A stretch of 63,194 nucleotides of DNA, the filler included, from Reclinomonas americana ATCC 50394 (Eukaryota), in NCBI GenBank assembly GCA_048213135.1. It is 19 parts of 19 records of this genome, joined end to end, with 100 filler letters (N's around TTAATTAATTAA, not from the genome) between each part and the next. Parts side by side here need not be neighbours in the genome. Positions count along the whole stretch, not along the records: positions 46,778 to 50,662 come from AFZH01019146.1; positions 50,763 to 51,789 come from AFZH01019147.1; positions 51,890 to 57,198 come from AFZH01019148.1; positions 57,299 to 61,184 come from AFZH01019149.1; 15 more parts are not named here. One strand, written 5' to 3'. The notes below the pieces were generated by a model. It worked only from the letters and a program-made list of their open reading frames with translations. It did not search any database and was not told the DNA's origin. Both the position numbers and the translations under genes were made by a program. Shown here in pieces: positions 46,779 through 60,551 of the stretch (positions within the stretch are counted from its first letter, which is position 1; every line of letters begins with the position of its first letter).

Positions 46779-48904
46779 AAATCCACTGGCGAATGAATCG
46801 GTCAAACACAGCGCAACGAGTTAGCCGCTCCGTCGTGCCGCTTGCCACCAGCTGCGGCAGAACTCGCAGCACAGCCGACAGCATGAATGGATTCGTTATC
46901 AGAGTTTGGACTCCGTGCACGGCACTCAGTGCTCGTCTGTACTCGTCAACTGATAGCCAGCCCGTCGACATGTCCCGCTGGTACGCGACAAAGTGGCAGA
47001 GGTACTCATCAATCTGGGCTTCGTTGAATGGCTCCACCGCGCGTTCCACCAACAATCGCAGGTCCGCCTGCCCGCTGTCGTTCGTGGGAACAAAGAATCG
47101 ACTGTAGTCGCCGCCACCCGAACCCATGCCAGTTGCGTAATCCGAACGACACGTCACAATCACCTTCACATCAGTGCATCCTCTGAGCTGTTCGTGCACA
47201 TCAATCAGTAATGCATAGACCACACGAGAAAATAGAAGCGAGGGAGAAAGAGGCTAACCTGCGCTGTGTCGAAAAGATTGATCTCACGGTACAGCTCATC
47301 ATACCCATCCAACAGCAACAACATCGGCATCTGCTTGACGCGCTGCACAGCGGCCCGTGGCCACGTCGACGGTAGTACCTCCTCAAACATGCGATGCTCT
47401 ACGTTGCGCAGCGCCGACAAGGGTACACGCACGGGCAGCCGCTGACTGCGTCCTTCTCGCCACGCTCGCCATGCGTAGTCCGCCATGACCGTCATCGACG
47501 TTGTCTTGCCGGCTCCGCTATTGCCGGTGAAGAGCAACACGCGTGCACAGTTGTCGTCGGCAACAAATGCATCGACCTCCGATAGCAGATCGTGCGGCAC
47601 GCCGTCAACAATCGTCAGCAGCGGCACGTACATCTGCAGTGCGGTGCGCAAGCTTTCATCATCGCGAAACGCCGACGATTCGCGCTCACTGTAGCTTTCA
47701 AGCAATGCGGCAAATTCCGCATCCGTCAAGCCAACCCGTCCTACGAGAGTAGGCATTTAGATAGAGATTGGACCCAGCGGATGCAGATATCGATGTGGAT
47801 CATCGCGAGGAACTTACTTGTGCGAACGTCGTCCAGCAAGGCGCGAAAGCGGGCGAGCGGCGCATCGCCAAGTTGAAGTGCGGATATGGCCACGACCAGA
47901 CGCCCCTCGCCAGTACCATCGCCAAGCAGACCGGTGACCTCACCGGCAGTGGCGACAGGTTGATCACGGTGACCAATGAAAGTGTGGCGAATGTCACGCA
48001 GCATCTTCACCGCCCGCCGCTGCACAGGTCATGAGAGGCGCGTCACACAGTCCAGACACGAGCAACAAAAAATACTGACCTCTTCATCTGAGGCGATGAG
48101 AAAATGACAGCTCTTGTCAGCCTCTACGATCCCGCCGTACATCAGCATCGCGCAAAGTGCCGCCAAGTCGAACTGAGGGCACGGCGGATCGCAAGAGGTA
48201 TTCGCATCAAAGGCTGCCTTCCAGGCGAGCACGTGAGCTCGCTGCTCGCTGTGCTGCAAACACACATGTTTGCCGCCGGGTTTGTAACTGCGACAAGAGA
48301 AAAGAACAACATGAGTAGAAAGGAGTTAGAATGACCACCACACCACAAACCGCGCAGGAATCCCTCGGGCATTCTTGCAGCACCACGCTTCATCGACGCG
48401 CATGCTTGGATGAAGGCGGCAGAACGCAGGCAACGCTGTGCGAAGTCGCGCCGCCAGTGCGTCTCTGGCAACCCCCATGGCAGCTTGTAGCAGCATGTAG
48501 TTGATCTCTCTACTCGCACACATGCAACAGATCAGATGCACTCCTCTCTCTCTCATCGACAACACACACAACTACGCACCCGTTGTTTTCCACATCCACT
48601 GTCAACGTAGTCTCCGCCGTGATGCCGAGTTCTCGCAGAGTGGATTCATCTGACAATGGCAGTACCATTTCCGATCGCACACGCACACGTGCATCCGCAC
48701 TGACTCCCAGCAGGCGCATTCCGCGCTGCACCAGGTCGCACAGGCGCGTGTCACCAGTGACGCCGGCCACGGTGGTGCGTGAAGTGCCGTCTGCCAGGCG
48801 AATGTGAATAGAAAAAGACTGCAAGGTGACAGCAACAGCATGTAAGAAAGCGACGTCGACGAGCTATCAGCGAGAGTGTGCACACGAGGAGAGTTGCGCA
48901 CCAT
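46779..48904 (-). CDS. Ubiquitin-like + putative HEPN + NACHT NTPase (NLR-like), 5' part
   Basis: ATG(48904)|intron|SFSIHIRLADG...LSDESTLRELGITAETTLTV (Ubl). FDLAALCAML...LRDIRHTFIGH (HEPN-like). FTGNSGAGKTT, LLLLDGYDE, KVIVTCRSDY, EPFNEAQIDEYL, NPFML (NACHT). Six GT-AG introns keep the frame. Confidence 0.8.
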
Positions 48905-49483
48905 AGAATGAGGGGGAGGGTGTTATCACGCCGCGGTGCGGAAAGTTTCGAAATCTGGTATGGACCAAAACGAACTGCGTTGGTTTGTCGACCGCGTCTG
49001 ACAACAGCACTCACGCCAGTGGACAACACTGAAAACGTGTCGACTTGCAGCGGGAACACCGAGTATCAGCCTCCTGTGGTCAAGGCAAGATGAAACAAAA
49101 CAAAGTTTGGCTCGCGATATCGTCGGACTACTGTCAGGTCTGCAAGACTGACAAATGAAGCTTGTTGATGATGGTGCTGCACAGGTTATCACATCGAAAC
49201 GCGCAGCTGCCTTCTGCACACTGGTGATCATATCGGGATCGCCCCAAAACGGCAGCGGTACCGCTCTCATCTGCAGTTCATCCACGTCGCAGTTTGGCCT
49301 CTCGTATACGTATGCATCGACGTATTCTCGAAATCCTGTCGTCACTTGTAAATAAGTGGTTGTTCTCCCCTCTCTTTTCCTTCATATCTCCAGCCTGTAC
49401 ACTAACGCTCAGTTCGCTCAAACAACATCCCACCCACCAACTCACTCACTCGCTCCTCCTCCACTCTGCTCCTCCTCCTTCCT

Positions 49484-50570
49484 TCATCTCGGTGTCAATC
49501 GACCACGCGATGACGACCGAGCAGGCGCTGGTCCGCCGGGCGGCGTCGGCGAGATTCCACCACCACCGATACTGGCACGCGATGCATCGCGAGTGAGTGG
49601 CGGACTGAGTGCCGCAACAGCCGTCGCCGCAGTTGTCGCGTTGATGTTGCCGCGTCGGGTGGCCGCCGGACCTGGTGAGGTGGATCGAGCGCGCAACTCA
49701 CGACCTGTTGAGCCAGTGTCAGTAGACGACCGCACTTCTTTTCCTCGACTGTTGATTGACAAGACGCAACGAATGGTGGCCGCGTGCGCCACGGGGTCGT
49801 TGCGCAGCGACGATGCAATCGTCGGCAAATGTGCTCGCGAGGACGGCGGTGAGAGTGACGCGGGAGCAACACCAGCACCAGTGATGCTTCCGCGAGCAGC
49901 CGGTGGCTGCTTCATGGCCTCCACACGGTCGCGGTGCGACTGCAACAACGACGTGGACGAGCCGGCCGACGGCATGGGCGGGATCTCCGCGTTGCTCTCG
50001 TGGCGCAGTATCTGTGATAAAATGAGCACAAGTAAAGGATGGCAGTGCGCGAGAGATGAAGACGCAACTCGGCTGAGTCGCGGTGCGCTAATGGACTGCG
50101 GACTGCGACGCAAGTCCGGAGAGCGCTCACGCGCCGAGATGGAGCCCGTTGCCGATTCCTGCGAATCACGCACAGCGCCGGCACTGTCGCTCCCTTCGCC
50201 GGCGGCGATGGGCGGCAGAGCCACACGAGACGCCGCGCCCACAATCAGACCACGAGGAGACACCGGAGCGGAGATTGAAACCGGTGCGACGCTGCACGAT
50301 TACGGAGGATGATAAGACGAGGTGCTGGTTGCGGATGTAACACAGGGGAGCGTTCGCACCGTGGGGCATTCAAGTAGGCCGAGCTGATGGCAGTGCCGTC
50401 TTCCGGCAGCGCACTGTCGACACAGGTGAGTGAGGCGGAAACAAGCAGCAGCCGGGGACACGAGTGGACTTGAATCTCACCGCAAGTACTCGGCACGCTC
50501 GCGAACCCCAGACAGGTCTGCCTGCGACCCTTGGCCACTGGCACTAAAATGATCGTCCTGCTTCATGGAG
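49484..50570 (-). CDS. Hypothetical Ser/Arg/Pro-rich low-complexity protein, 3' part
   Basis: Long minus-strand open frame (49484-50263) plus upstream exons with GTGAG/GTGCG donors. No recognisable domain. Confidence 0.4.
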
Positions 50571-51245
50571 CAGAAGTGAAGATTAGCAGCGCCTCGACGC
50601 AAATCACACATGCAGAGCGAATGACACAGCCACAAATGATGACACAGACACTTGCGCAGAGGNNNNNNNNNNNNNNNNNNNNNNNNNNNNNNNNNNNNNN
50701 NNNNNNTTAATTAATTAANNNNNNNNNNNNNNNNNNNNNNNNNNNNNNNNNNNNNNNNNNNNGAGAGAGAGAGAGAGTGATAAAGGAAAAGGCTGTGCAT
50801 TCGTGTTCTCATTCTCACTCATTGATTCACACAGCTCATTCACATCGACTTGTACTCTCTTGCACTCTCTCTCACACACTCTCACTCTCTCTCACTCACT
50901 CTCTCTCTCTCTCTCACTCACTCACTCACTCACTCACTCACTCACTCACTCACTCACTCACTCACTCACTCACTCTCTCTCTTTCTCTCCCTCACTCACA
51001 CACACACATACACTCTCTCTCTCCTTCTCTTGCTCACTCACTCACTCACTCACTCACTCACATTCCCATCCTCCTCCCCTCACTCACCTCTCTCTCAGTC
51101 TCTCATTCACGCTCACTCTCTCTCACTCACTCACACATTCCCATCCTCCTCCTCCCCTCACTCTCTTCCTCCCTTCCTCCCCCTCTCTCTCCCTTCCCTT
51201 ACCCTCCTCTCCCACCCTCCTTCCCTCTCGCCCTTCTCTGCGCAG

Positions 51246-54200
51246 TGACCACCAAGATCGACTGGGGCAATCACAACCTCGTGGCCTACGGATGCGGCAC
51301 AGATGTGGTGATTGTCGACGCGCTCTCGTTGCAAGTTGTCTCCACCTATGTGGATCACCTGGCCGAGGTGCTGGCCGTCGCGTGGTGCGTGCTGGGTTTC
51401 ATCTCTCTCTCTCTCTCTCTCATCACTTGTCTTGCCTCTGTGCTACTCCACCCTCTTCATCATCATTCCACGTCTCGCCTCACTCTTCTCCCTTTCCCCT
51501 TGTTTGCAGGAAACCCTGCGTCTCCTTTGAAGAACGCTTCGCCACCCTCGGCAGCAAGCCGGTGCTGCTGGCCTCGGTTGACTCCACCGACGTGATCATC
51601 ATTTGGGATGTGGTCGACGGACAGCAGTTGTTCTCGTGCCGACCGGTGAAGCGGGAGCACGGTCATGTGCGCACGCTGTTGTGGCATCCGACAGAGCCGC
51701 AGATGCTGCTGTGCCTCTCCGATCACCACCTGTGTGCCATTAACATTGGTCTGAAGAAGAAGCTGTGGGAGACGGAGCTGTCGCGTGGCNNNNNNNNNNN
51801 NNNNNNNNNNNNNNNNNNNNNNNNNNNNNNNNNTTAATTAATTAANNNNNNNNNNNNNNNNNNNNNNNNNNNNNNNNNNNNNNNNNNNNTAGCTCGCACT
51901 CGTTCATTGCTCTCGGATCAGATGGATTGCTGTTGCGTGTCACACCCATGCGTCTGGTCGCTGCCGCGGCTGTGCTCATGTATTATTCCCCCGTCGCGCA
52001 GCATGTCGTGGGTGTGGGAGAGCGAGGGTCTGGCGCTGGACGACGGGCCAAAGCCGGGCACACATCCGGGGCGGTGGACGCTGAAATCCATGCTGCACTG
52101 CGTCAACAATCCCGTCCTGTGCACGGAGCTGTCGCCGAGTGGGAAGCTGGCGGCCATTGGCACGCAGATTGGCACGGTGCAGATTTTCAATTTGGAGATG
52201 GGCGATCTGTATCGCGAGTTCAGCCTGTTCCCGGCACCCGTGCGTGGCATTCAGTGGATCAGCGAGGTGCAGCTGGTGGCCTATGGCGCGAAGGAGTTGC
52301 GTGGATAAGCTGTCTGTTTTGGGGGCACGGTCACTTACTTGCTTGACAGGGCCGACGAGCAAGGCACCTTCCGCAATCATCTCGTGCAACTGAACATTCC
52401 CTCCGGCAACGTCACCCCCATGCGCAAAATGTTCGAGGCCGAGACCACATTCATCCGCGGCATTCGCGTCTCCAACTCTACCCGTCTGCTGGCACTGTTC
52501 TTGCGCAATCGGTTAGTGTGAGAGGGCAGTTTTCGCGCACGCTTGTTCCACGCCACCCACTCACTCACCGCGGTGCCACTCGCTAGCACCACCGAGTTGT
52601 GGAGCCTGGAGGCCAACAACCTCATCCGCATGGTTCCGGTGCAGGATGTGACGGCGCTCGAGTGGCACCGCATCTCGGCGGAGTTGCCGGGCATGGAGGC
52701 CTCGGTGCCGACCGACCAGCTGCATGAGGAGTTTGTGTTTGCCACGGCGGACGGTATGAGAAGGGGAAGGGGAGAGAAGGGAAAGAGAATGAGAGAGAGA
52801 GAGAGAAGAGGGAGACGAAGAAGGAGAGAGCGCAGGAGTGAGTGATGAGGAGGATGATGAGAAGGAAAAAAGGAATGTGGAAGGAAGACTAATATCGAGA
52901 GAGAGAAAGGGTGACCCAGATAGAGGTGGAAAGGAGAAGAAAAGGAGAAGGAGAAGAGTGTGAGGAGACGGTGAAAGAGAAAGAATGAATGAACGAAAGC
53001 AAAGACAGAAAGAAAGACAGAAAGAAAGAAGCGGGATGAAAGTAGATGGAGAAGGAAAGAAAAAGAGAGAGAATGAGAAGGACAAAAGGGAGAGAAGGAA
53101 ATCAAAAGAAGAAAGAGAGTGAAAAAGACGAGGACAAGCGAAGAGAGATGAAAAAGAAAGAAGAAAACAAGAGAACGACAAAGAAAGAGAGAAAAGGAGA
53201 AGAAGAGAAGGTCAGAGGAAGGAGAGTGACATTCATGCGAGTTGAGAAAATTCTTGGACGCTGTCTCGCTCTCCCTTTGTGTCTCCGGTGTGCGAGGGAG
53301 AGAGACCCCACTACACCTCTTCTCTTATAACACCCCCTCTGTGCGTCAGGCGGCATTCAAATCTACTATGTCGAGTCGAACAATTTTGGTTTGGTGGAGA
53401 AGCCGACCTCATCGTCGACCAACCCCATTACCGCCATTGCGTGGAAGGACGACTACTTTGTGACGGGCGACGCCGTCGGCAACATTGTGTGGCGCAACAT
53501 TCGCACCAAGTCGACGAGGTGAGTGCGGCGAGTTTCATTGGGGGCGAGAGATGCGCTTTATTCACCCCTCTTCCCGCAGAACGGTCAACACACAAAACGG
53601 GCTCATCAAGAAGCTCAGCTTCCCCGAGGCCTCGCACAGCGGCCTGCTGCTGGTGTTGTTCGCCGAGGGTGACTACGGCGTGTGGGACATTGAGGAGGGA
53701 GTTGCGTGCACGTCCATTCAACTCTTTGTCACCTCCTCCCTCTCATCCAGCGCCACCGCAGATGTGCATCAGCCACTCGGCGGAACGCAAGCGCCGGCTG
53801 CAGGCCGTGGATGTGGAGTGGGCGCCCAGCAACATGCTCTTTATCGGTTCGTGTTCTCTGTCTTCGTCTCTTCCCCACTGGGAAAAGCTGACTTGCATTC
53901 CTGTTTCCCTCGTCGCAGCTCTCACCTCCGGCTCGCTGGCCGTGTACGACCTCAACCTCATCTGCTGCTCCTGCGCCTTTGACGAGTACCTGTTCGCCGA
54001 GCCGCTGCAGAGCCCGGTGCTGCTCAACAACGACGCCGCCATCATGCTCAAGGCCGTGCTCGACCACTCGCTGCCAAAGGACGCCGTCAACTGGGCACAG
54101 CACCCAAAGACCGCGCATTTCAACTTGGACGGCTTCATCGCCTTTGCGGCCAGCAAGCGCTCCCTCACCGACCGCTACCACAGCAACGCGGTGCAGTTTG

Positions 54201-56625
54201 CCGACCGTGAAGGTGCGTGCTCAACGAATGCATATGTGGCGTTGGTGGAGCACATGTATAGCCGCCGCACTAGCTCAATTCGGTAGAGCATCAGACTCTT
54301 AATCTGAGGGTTGGGGGTTCGAGTCCCCCGTGCGGCTATCATGACGCCGACAGGCGGCTATCTTTTTTCTTTTTTTTTTCTCACTCATTTTGATGGGAAG
54401 TGTGAGTAAGAGTGAGTGCCATGACACGTGACGAGAGAGGGAAGAAGGAGGCACAATGGGAGAAAAGAAAAAGAAAAAGAATTGGGAAGAGCGAAATTTC
54501 ATTTGGCTGATTTTCCTTTTTTTGGACATGCAGGTATCGAATTCTGGCGCCTCGTCCGCATTCACATGTCGCGCCTGCGCGAGGGTGAACGGGAGACACC
54601 GACCTCACAGCGGCGGCATCAGCACGCCGGCAACCCGCTGCTGTACTCGCCGACTGCGGCCGTGTACAGCACACCGGAACGGCAGGCGGGATCAGCCATT
54701 GCCGCGGCGGCTGCGGCCGCTGTCAGCGGCGGATCGTCGGTGGCGGCTGCTGCAGGTCCGGAGGTGTCGTTCCGCAGCGATACACCGCCACTGTCGAGCC
54801 CGGCCTCGCCAAACAGCTTGCTGGGCGACGAAGACGCTGTGCCGAATCAGCGCATTTTGGAGACCGCTGCCGACGAGTTGCGGTGCAACGGAAGTTTGTT
54901 GTTGTGATTGTTGTCGTGCCACTCGCTCACTCACGCGTCCGTTGGTGCAGTCGAACCATGGTGCCTCCAGAGCTGTACTACGCCATGGACCAGGAGTCGG
55001 TGCTGCGCAACGAATCGATTCGCGTCGCGCGCCGTCGCAACGCGCTGCCCGTGTCGGCCACGGCGTCGCAGTTTGACGAGCAGATTGCGGGGGTGGCGCT
55101 GGAGCACATTAATGTGCGCGACACGGAGGGTGCGCTGCGCGTGTTCCTCAGCACGCCCACCGAGAGCCCCGAGTATCGCGTCAATGGACTGCAGGCGTGT
55201 CTGGCGGCGGCCGCCAACTCGCCCGAGCATTTCGGGTATGCCATCAAGTTGGTGGCGCGCAACTTGATTGCCGGCGGCAATCTCAATGGCGGCGTCGACC
55301 TGCTGTGCCTCGTCGGGCGGCACGTCGATGCCGTGCGTTACCTGCAGGTGTACGATCGGTGGGAGGAGGCGGCGAGGTTGGCCAAGGTTGGTCAGGGGGG
55401 AATAAGGGGAAAAGAAGAATTTGGGGAAGGGGCGAAGAGGAAGGGGGAGTGGTGGTGCACATTGGCTGTTGGGTGAAAAGGGGTGGGAGAGAGAGAGAGA
55501 AGGAAGAAATGCAGAAAGCCGAACACGGGGTGTCACGTTGATTGGTTGTGTGAGAAATGGACGGGAGAGAGGAGAGAGGAGAGAGGGAGAAAAAAAGTGA
55601 GGAATGAAGGATGAAGGAGAGAAAAACAAGGAAGCCGGAACGTACAACAGACGGAGCCAGAAGAGCAAGAGCGAGTTACGATGACAAAGAGAATAAGATG
55701 GCGAGGGGAGATGATTATAGGTAGAACTGAGGGATTGAGAAAGGTAGGAGGGCGTTGACTGTTTGGGAGAGAATGGGTGGGGAAGAAGGAAAGAAGACAG
55801 TGAAAGGGTGAAAATGAAGGAAGGGACGAACCAAGAAAGAGAATAAGGTGGACGAGAGTGAGAACGAGAGAGAGAGATGCGTCCTCGTGGGTCAGTCAGA
55901 GCTTGTTCTTCGCAGTATTTTGCTTTCTTCTGTTTCGCTCACTCTTTGGCGTCATGCAGACATCGCTGCCGCAAGAATTTTACGAAGACGCCGTGGAGCG
56001 CTGGGCCGACATGCTCTCGGATCGGGGCGAACATGATCAGGTGAGCAGGCATTCTATCTGCAAGTCCGTATCTGCATTTCTGCGACTGAACCCGCCATGC
56101 TTCATGCAGTGGCAAGCCATGTGCCTGTTCCTGAGCATCGGGCAGCTGTCGTCCGTGTTCGACATGCTGTGTCGGCACCGGCGATTCGATCTGGCCACGC
56201 ACCTGCTCACGGTGGTGGTCGACAGCGACATTCCACTCAATGGTGCGTTTATTTGCGCAGTGAGGAGTTGCCTGCTGGCTGCTGACCCCCACTTGTGTGC
56301 GCAGAAAATGCACGCCGCATCGCGACGGGCGCCGTGCGCGAGTATCGCACGCGTTTGACGGAGATGCTGCGCGACAAGGCTGTCGTCGATTTGTGCATGC
56401 GGCACATTCACACCGTGTGCGGCAACCAGGTCGATCTAACGCGAGCTTTCACACCTGCTGGTGAGAGCGAGAAAGACAGAAAGGAGTGTGCATTTTTTTT
56501 GCTGACAGCCGTGTGATGCAGACATTGGAGTCGACGCCGCCGCGGGTGCCCCCGCCGATGCACCAGCAGCTGCTGCTGCTGAGGGTGGCGCGGATGCGGC
56601 GGCCGCTGCTGGTGCTGCCTTGTAG
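51246..56625 (+). CDS. WDR11: WD repeat-containing protein 11 (spans one gap, start missing)
   Basis: IDWGNHNLVAYGCGTDVVIVDA (WDR11-type N-terminus), ITAIAWKDD..VTGDAVGN, AIKLVARNLIAGG, GVDLLCLVGRHVDAVRYLQVYDRWEEAARLAK. Confidence 0.9.
54264..54337 (+). tRNA. tRNA-Lys(CTT), inside WDR11 intron 54213-54533
   Basis: Acceptor stem GCCGCAC/GTGCGGC; D arm GCTC..GAGC; anticodon arm TCAGA-CTCTTAA-TCTGA; T arm GGGGG-TTCGAGT-CCCCC. Confidence 0.97.
54363..54379 (+). terminator. Oligo-T Pol III terminator for tRNA-Lys
   Basis: T-runs about 25 nt downstream of the tRNA. Confidence 0.75.
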
Positions 56626-56706
56626 TGTGGGCGTGAATGAAGCAACGAAAGTAGATTAGCGCCCCAAAAATACGGAAAACAATTCACTCTCGGTTTTGCT
56701 TCGTTC

Positions 56707-57730
<1,024 letters not shown>

Positions 57731-58595
57731 GGCGTGGGGTGGAAGGATGGAGGAGAAAAGGGTTGTCCTCTGAGCATGCATGAACGTCGCAGTGGTGCAA
57801 TGACAAACGCCCACCCTTGCCGACAATGCGAGAGACCACCTGCTGCTAACCGGTCGGTGATGCTCGATGGGAGGTGGCTTTAGTTCTTTGCTGCATGCAC
57901 ATGTCGACGTCGGTCGATCAGTTGCGCATGCGCATCGATATCGACATCGCGTCCATAGAAAAAGAACAAAACACTTCATTCACCACATTCCCTTTATTGC
58001 AAGGGTACAGCAGGCCAGGTGGTGTAATTATCATTGCCAAGGGGAGGTGAACGGCGCAAGAATCAGAGCAGCTGTACAAGCGCAATGTACTCGTAAACCC
58101 AGGTATTGCTGATCATCGCGCTGTCGCTTCTGCTTGGCGCTGGCCACGTACGCGTGCCCGTGAGCCATCGCCACACTCCACTCGGCTTGCGAGAGACCAC
58201 CTGCTGCAGACCGGTCGGCGATGCTCAATGGGCATCGTGTGCTCATACGTGAACGCCACGAATGGTGGCGCGATCATGACTCGGACGCCGTGAGATGCAT
58301 TCGGCCTACTGCAAGCGCGGAGGCCACGAGAATGGTGAATCGACATCGGAGCACTGCATCCTGATCCGCGAACACCTTACGAACGGTGTCGTGCCGTAAG
58401 CTGCATCCCGACACTCTGCGCTGAACCAGAGTTCGCTGGTGATGGTGTTTTCTCCAGGGCGCAACACAGTCCCAGTTAGATCGTGCTAAAACGGCACCAG
58501 CTGCTTTCTGCCAGAGGGTCACTGCTCACTACTCCACACTCCACCGAGTCTGGAACCCTCTGAGCGCCGCCCTTCGCCGTACGCGTCACGTCAAC

Positions 58596-59927
58596 TCAGC
58601 ACACCAGGTAGCGGAACAACAGCGCACTGGCATCCTCGGCGATGAAGCACCGCAGCACAAGCGCAGGCAGCGGCTCACCCTCGGCAAACGCGGGGTCGTG
58701 CTCTTCACACCACTGCTCCAGCTCCACCAGTGCCGCCAGGGCATGCTGCGCAATCTGCACCTCACGCCCCGCACACCATCGTGCACTCCACGCGCCTGTT
58801 GCACCACGTCAGCTCTTGTGCAGACACTCTTCCCAAACAACCCGAAAAGACACCAACCAGGCGCCCACACGCAAACGGCATAGTCCGCCGCACCCGCAGT
58901 GACCATGCGTTCATCGTGCAGGAAAGCGACTGCATTGGTGGCCGAGCCGGAGATTGTGGTGACGCAGAGACCAGAACTCAAACTGATCACTTCCACAGCA
59001 GTGTCTGTACCACAAACAGCACTCTTCAGTGGGGGGAGAATGAGATGCCACACGAGGCTCACCTGCGCGACTCGTGACGGCGAGCTGCAGTCCGTTGTTG
59101 GTGAACGCCAGTCCATTCGTGCGCATCTTGCTCACCGACAGCGTGCGAACAAGGACGAGGTCATCGGTCGTCAGCAGCGTCACCACGGTGGCATGGTGCG
59201 CACAGGCAAGCAGCGTCCCATCCGGAGAAAGTGCCATGGCGGTGATGGTGCTCTCCGTTGTGGCTGAGCCCACAAGCGCGTAGTCGGCCAGGCGCCACTG
59301 ATTAAGAGTGCCGTGGCTTCCCGTCAGCACGCGAGCTTCCCCGGCAGGCGACGCGTGAACCAGCACAGCCACGGCATTGACAGCACGCGCATCGAGCGCA
59401 CCACGCTGTCGACCACTCTCCGCGTCCACCACCACAGTCTCACCACCGCCCGTTCCACAGACCACCACGGTGCCCATTGGATCAAACGCGACTGATAGCG
59501 CGATGCGATCCGTGAGTGCATTCCACAGGCGCGTGTCACCGTCCGCGGCATGCAGCACATCCCACATGATCAGCATGCCTCCGTGAACGCTGTGTGATGT
59601 GCTCAGTGCACCGACCAGACGATGTGGACAGGTGGGCGAGAAGGCCAGACTGTTGACACAACCGCGGCCTTTGAGAGTCAACATCGCAGAGGTGGTGGCC
59701 AGCAGATGCTCGCTGTCATACACGCGCACACTGTGGTCCTCGAACCCGGCGGCCACGAACTGGTGGAGAAGAGAGAGCAGTGAGTGGGTTCGGAAAAGGC
59801 AACAGCTGACTCGGTGAGTGCGACTCACTTGTCGTTGAGTGCCTGGGATGACTGGTGACACGGCCACACACCACGGAATGTACAAGCTGGAGGGAGTGAG
59901 AGTGATGCACGTTGCCTCGTCTCCCAT
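58596..59927 (-). CDS. WD40-repeat protein with short helical C-terminus (4 exons)
   Basis: MGDEATC... | FVAAGFEDHSVRVYD, VNSLAFSP, LSVAFDP, ITAMALSPDG, AGAADYAVCVW | ...ALLFRYLVC*. Confidence 0.7.
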
Positions 59928-60551
59928 TGTTGTTGTGTTCGAATTCGTATAGGACAGGTCATGCTTGTTTTTCCGAAGTGCAAGGTCGAAGGGGATGCCG
60001 AGCTGTGCAGTCGGGGCACCAGCACTCGCAGCACCGACAGCACCGACGTAGCCGTTGATCGCTCGTGCAATTGCGCATGCAGCAACATCAATATACATCT
60101 CGAGCCGGCGCCACTCGAGTACTCAGGCGCCTCAAGCCCGTCCAGGTCGCACCAGACGGTGGGTGAGAAGGTGGGCACGCAAACCGCATGCCTGGCTGTG
60201 CACTACTGCAGCTGGAGAATGCCGTTGCAGCGAATTAAAGCAACGTCGACGTAGATCGCTCTACCAAGCTTGAAGTAGCATCGCGTGCGCAGCTTGCATG
60301 TACAACCACTCAGACATCTCAAGGAGGTCGTGCAGGCCATGCGCCTAGCAGTGTGCCGATGCAGTCGGAGAACGTTAACAAGCTGCAAGATATGGATACC
60401 GCGACGTTGCGATCGTTTTCTGTCGCGACTACGGGGTGGCCGGCCATGGACCAGCTACAGCAACGTCGCATCAAGCATACACAGCAAACGACTCAGGCAC
60501 TGTCCTCCTCCTTCACACCTCGCCCTCGCGTCCTGCCTATCCCACCTCACA

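Noticed and set aside
48926..49345. Small ORF upstream of the NLR-like gene as an extra N-terminal domain
   Set aside because: I found no splice path keeping it in frame with the Ubl exon. ATG 48904 explains the start more simply.
52296..52349. Reading the GTTGCG donors as non-canonical TT-starting introns
   Set aside because: Frames and conserved residues are satisfied by GT..AG boundaries. A TT start would need a non-AG acceptor.
54290..54306. tRNA as a TTA (ochre) suppressor, or an alternative genetic code
   Set aside because: The 7-nt loop CTCTTAA centres on CTT (Lys). TAA, TAG and TGA all end genes normally in this window.
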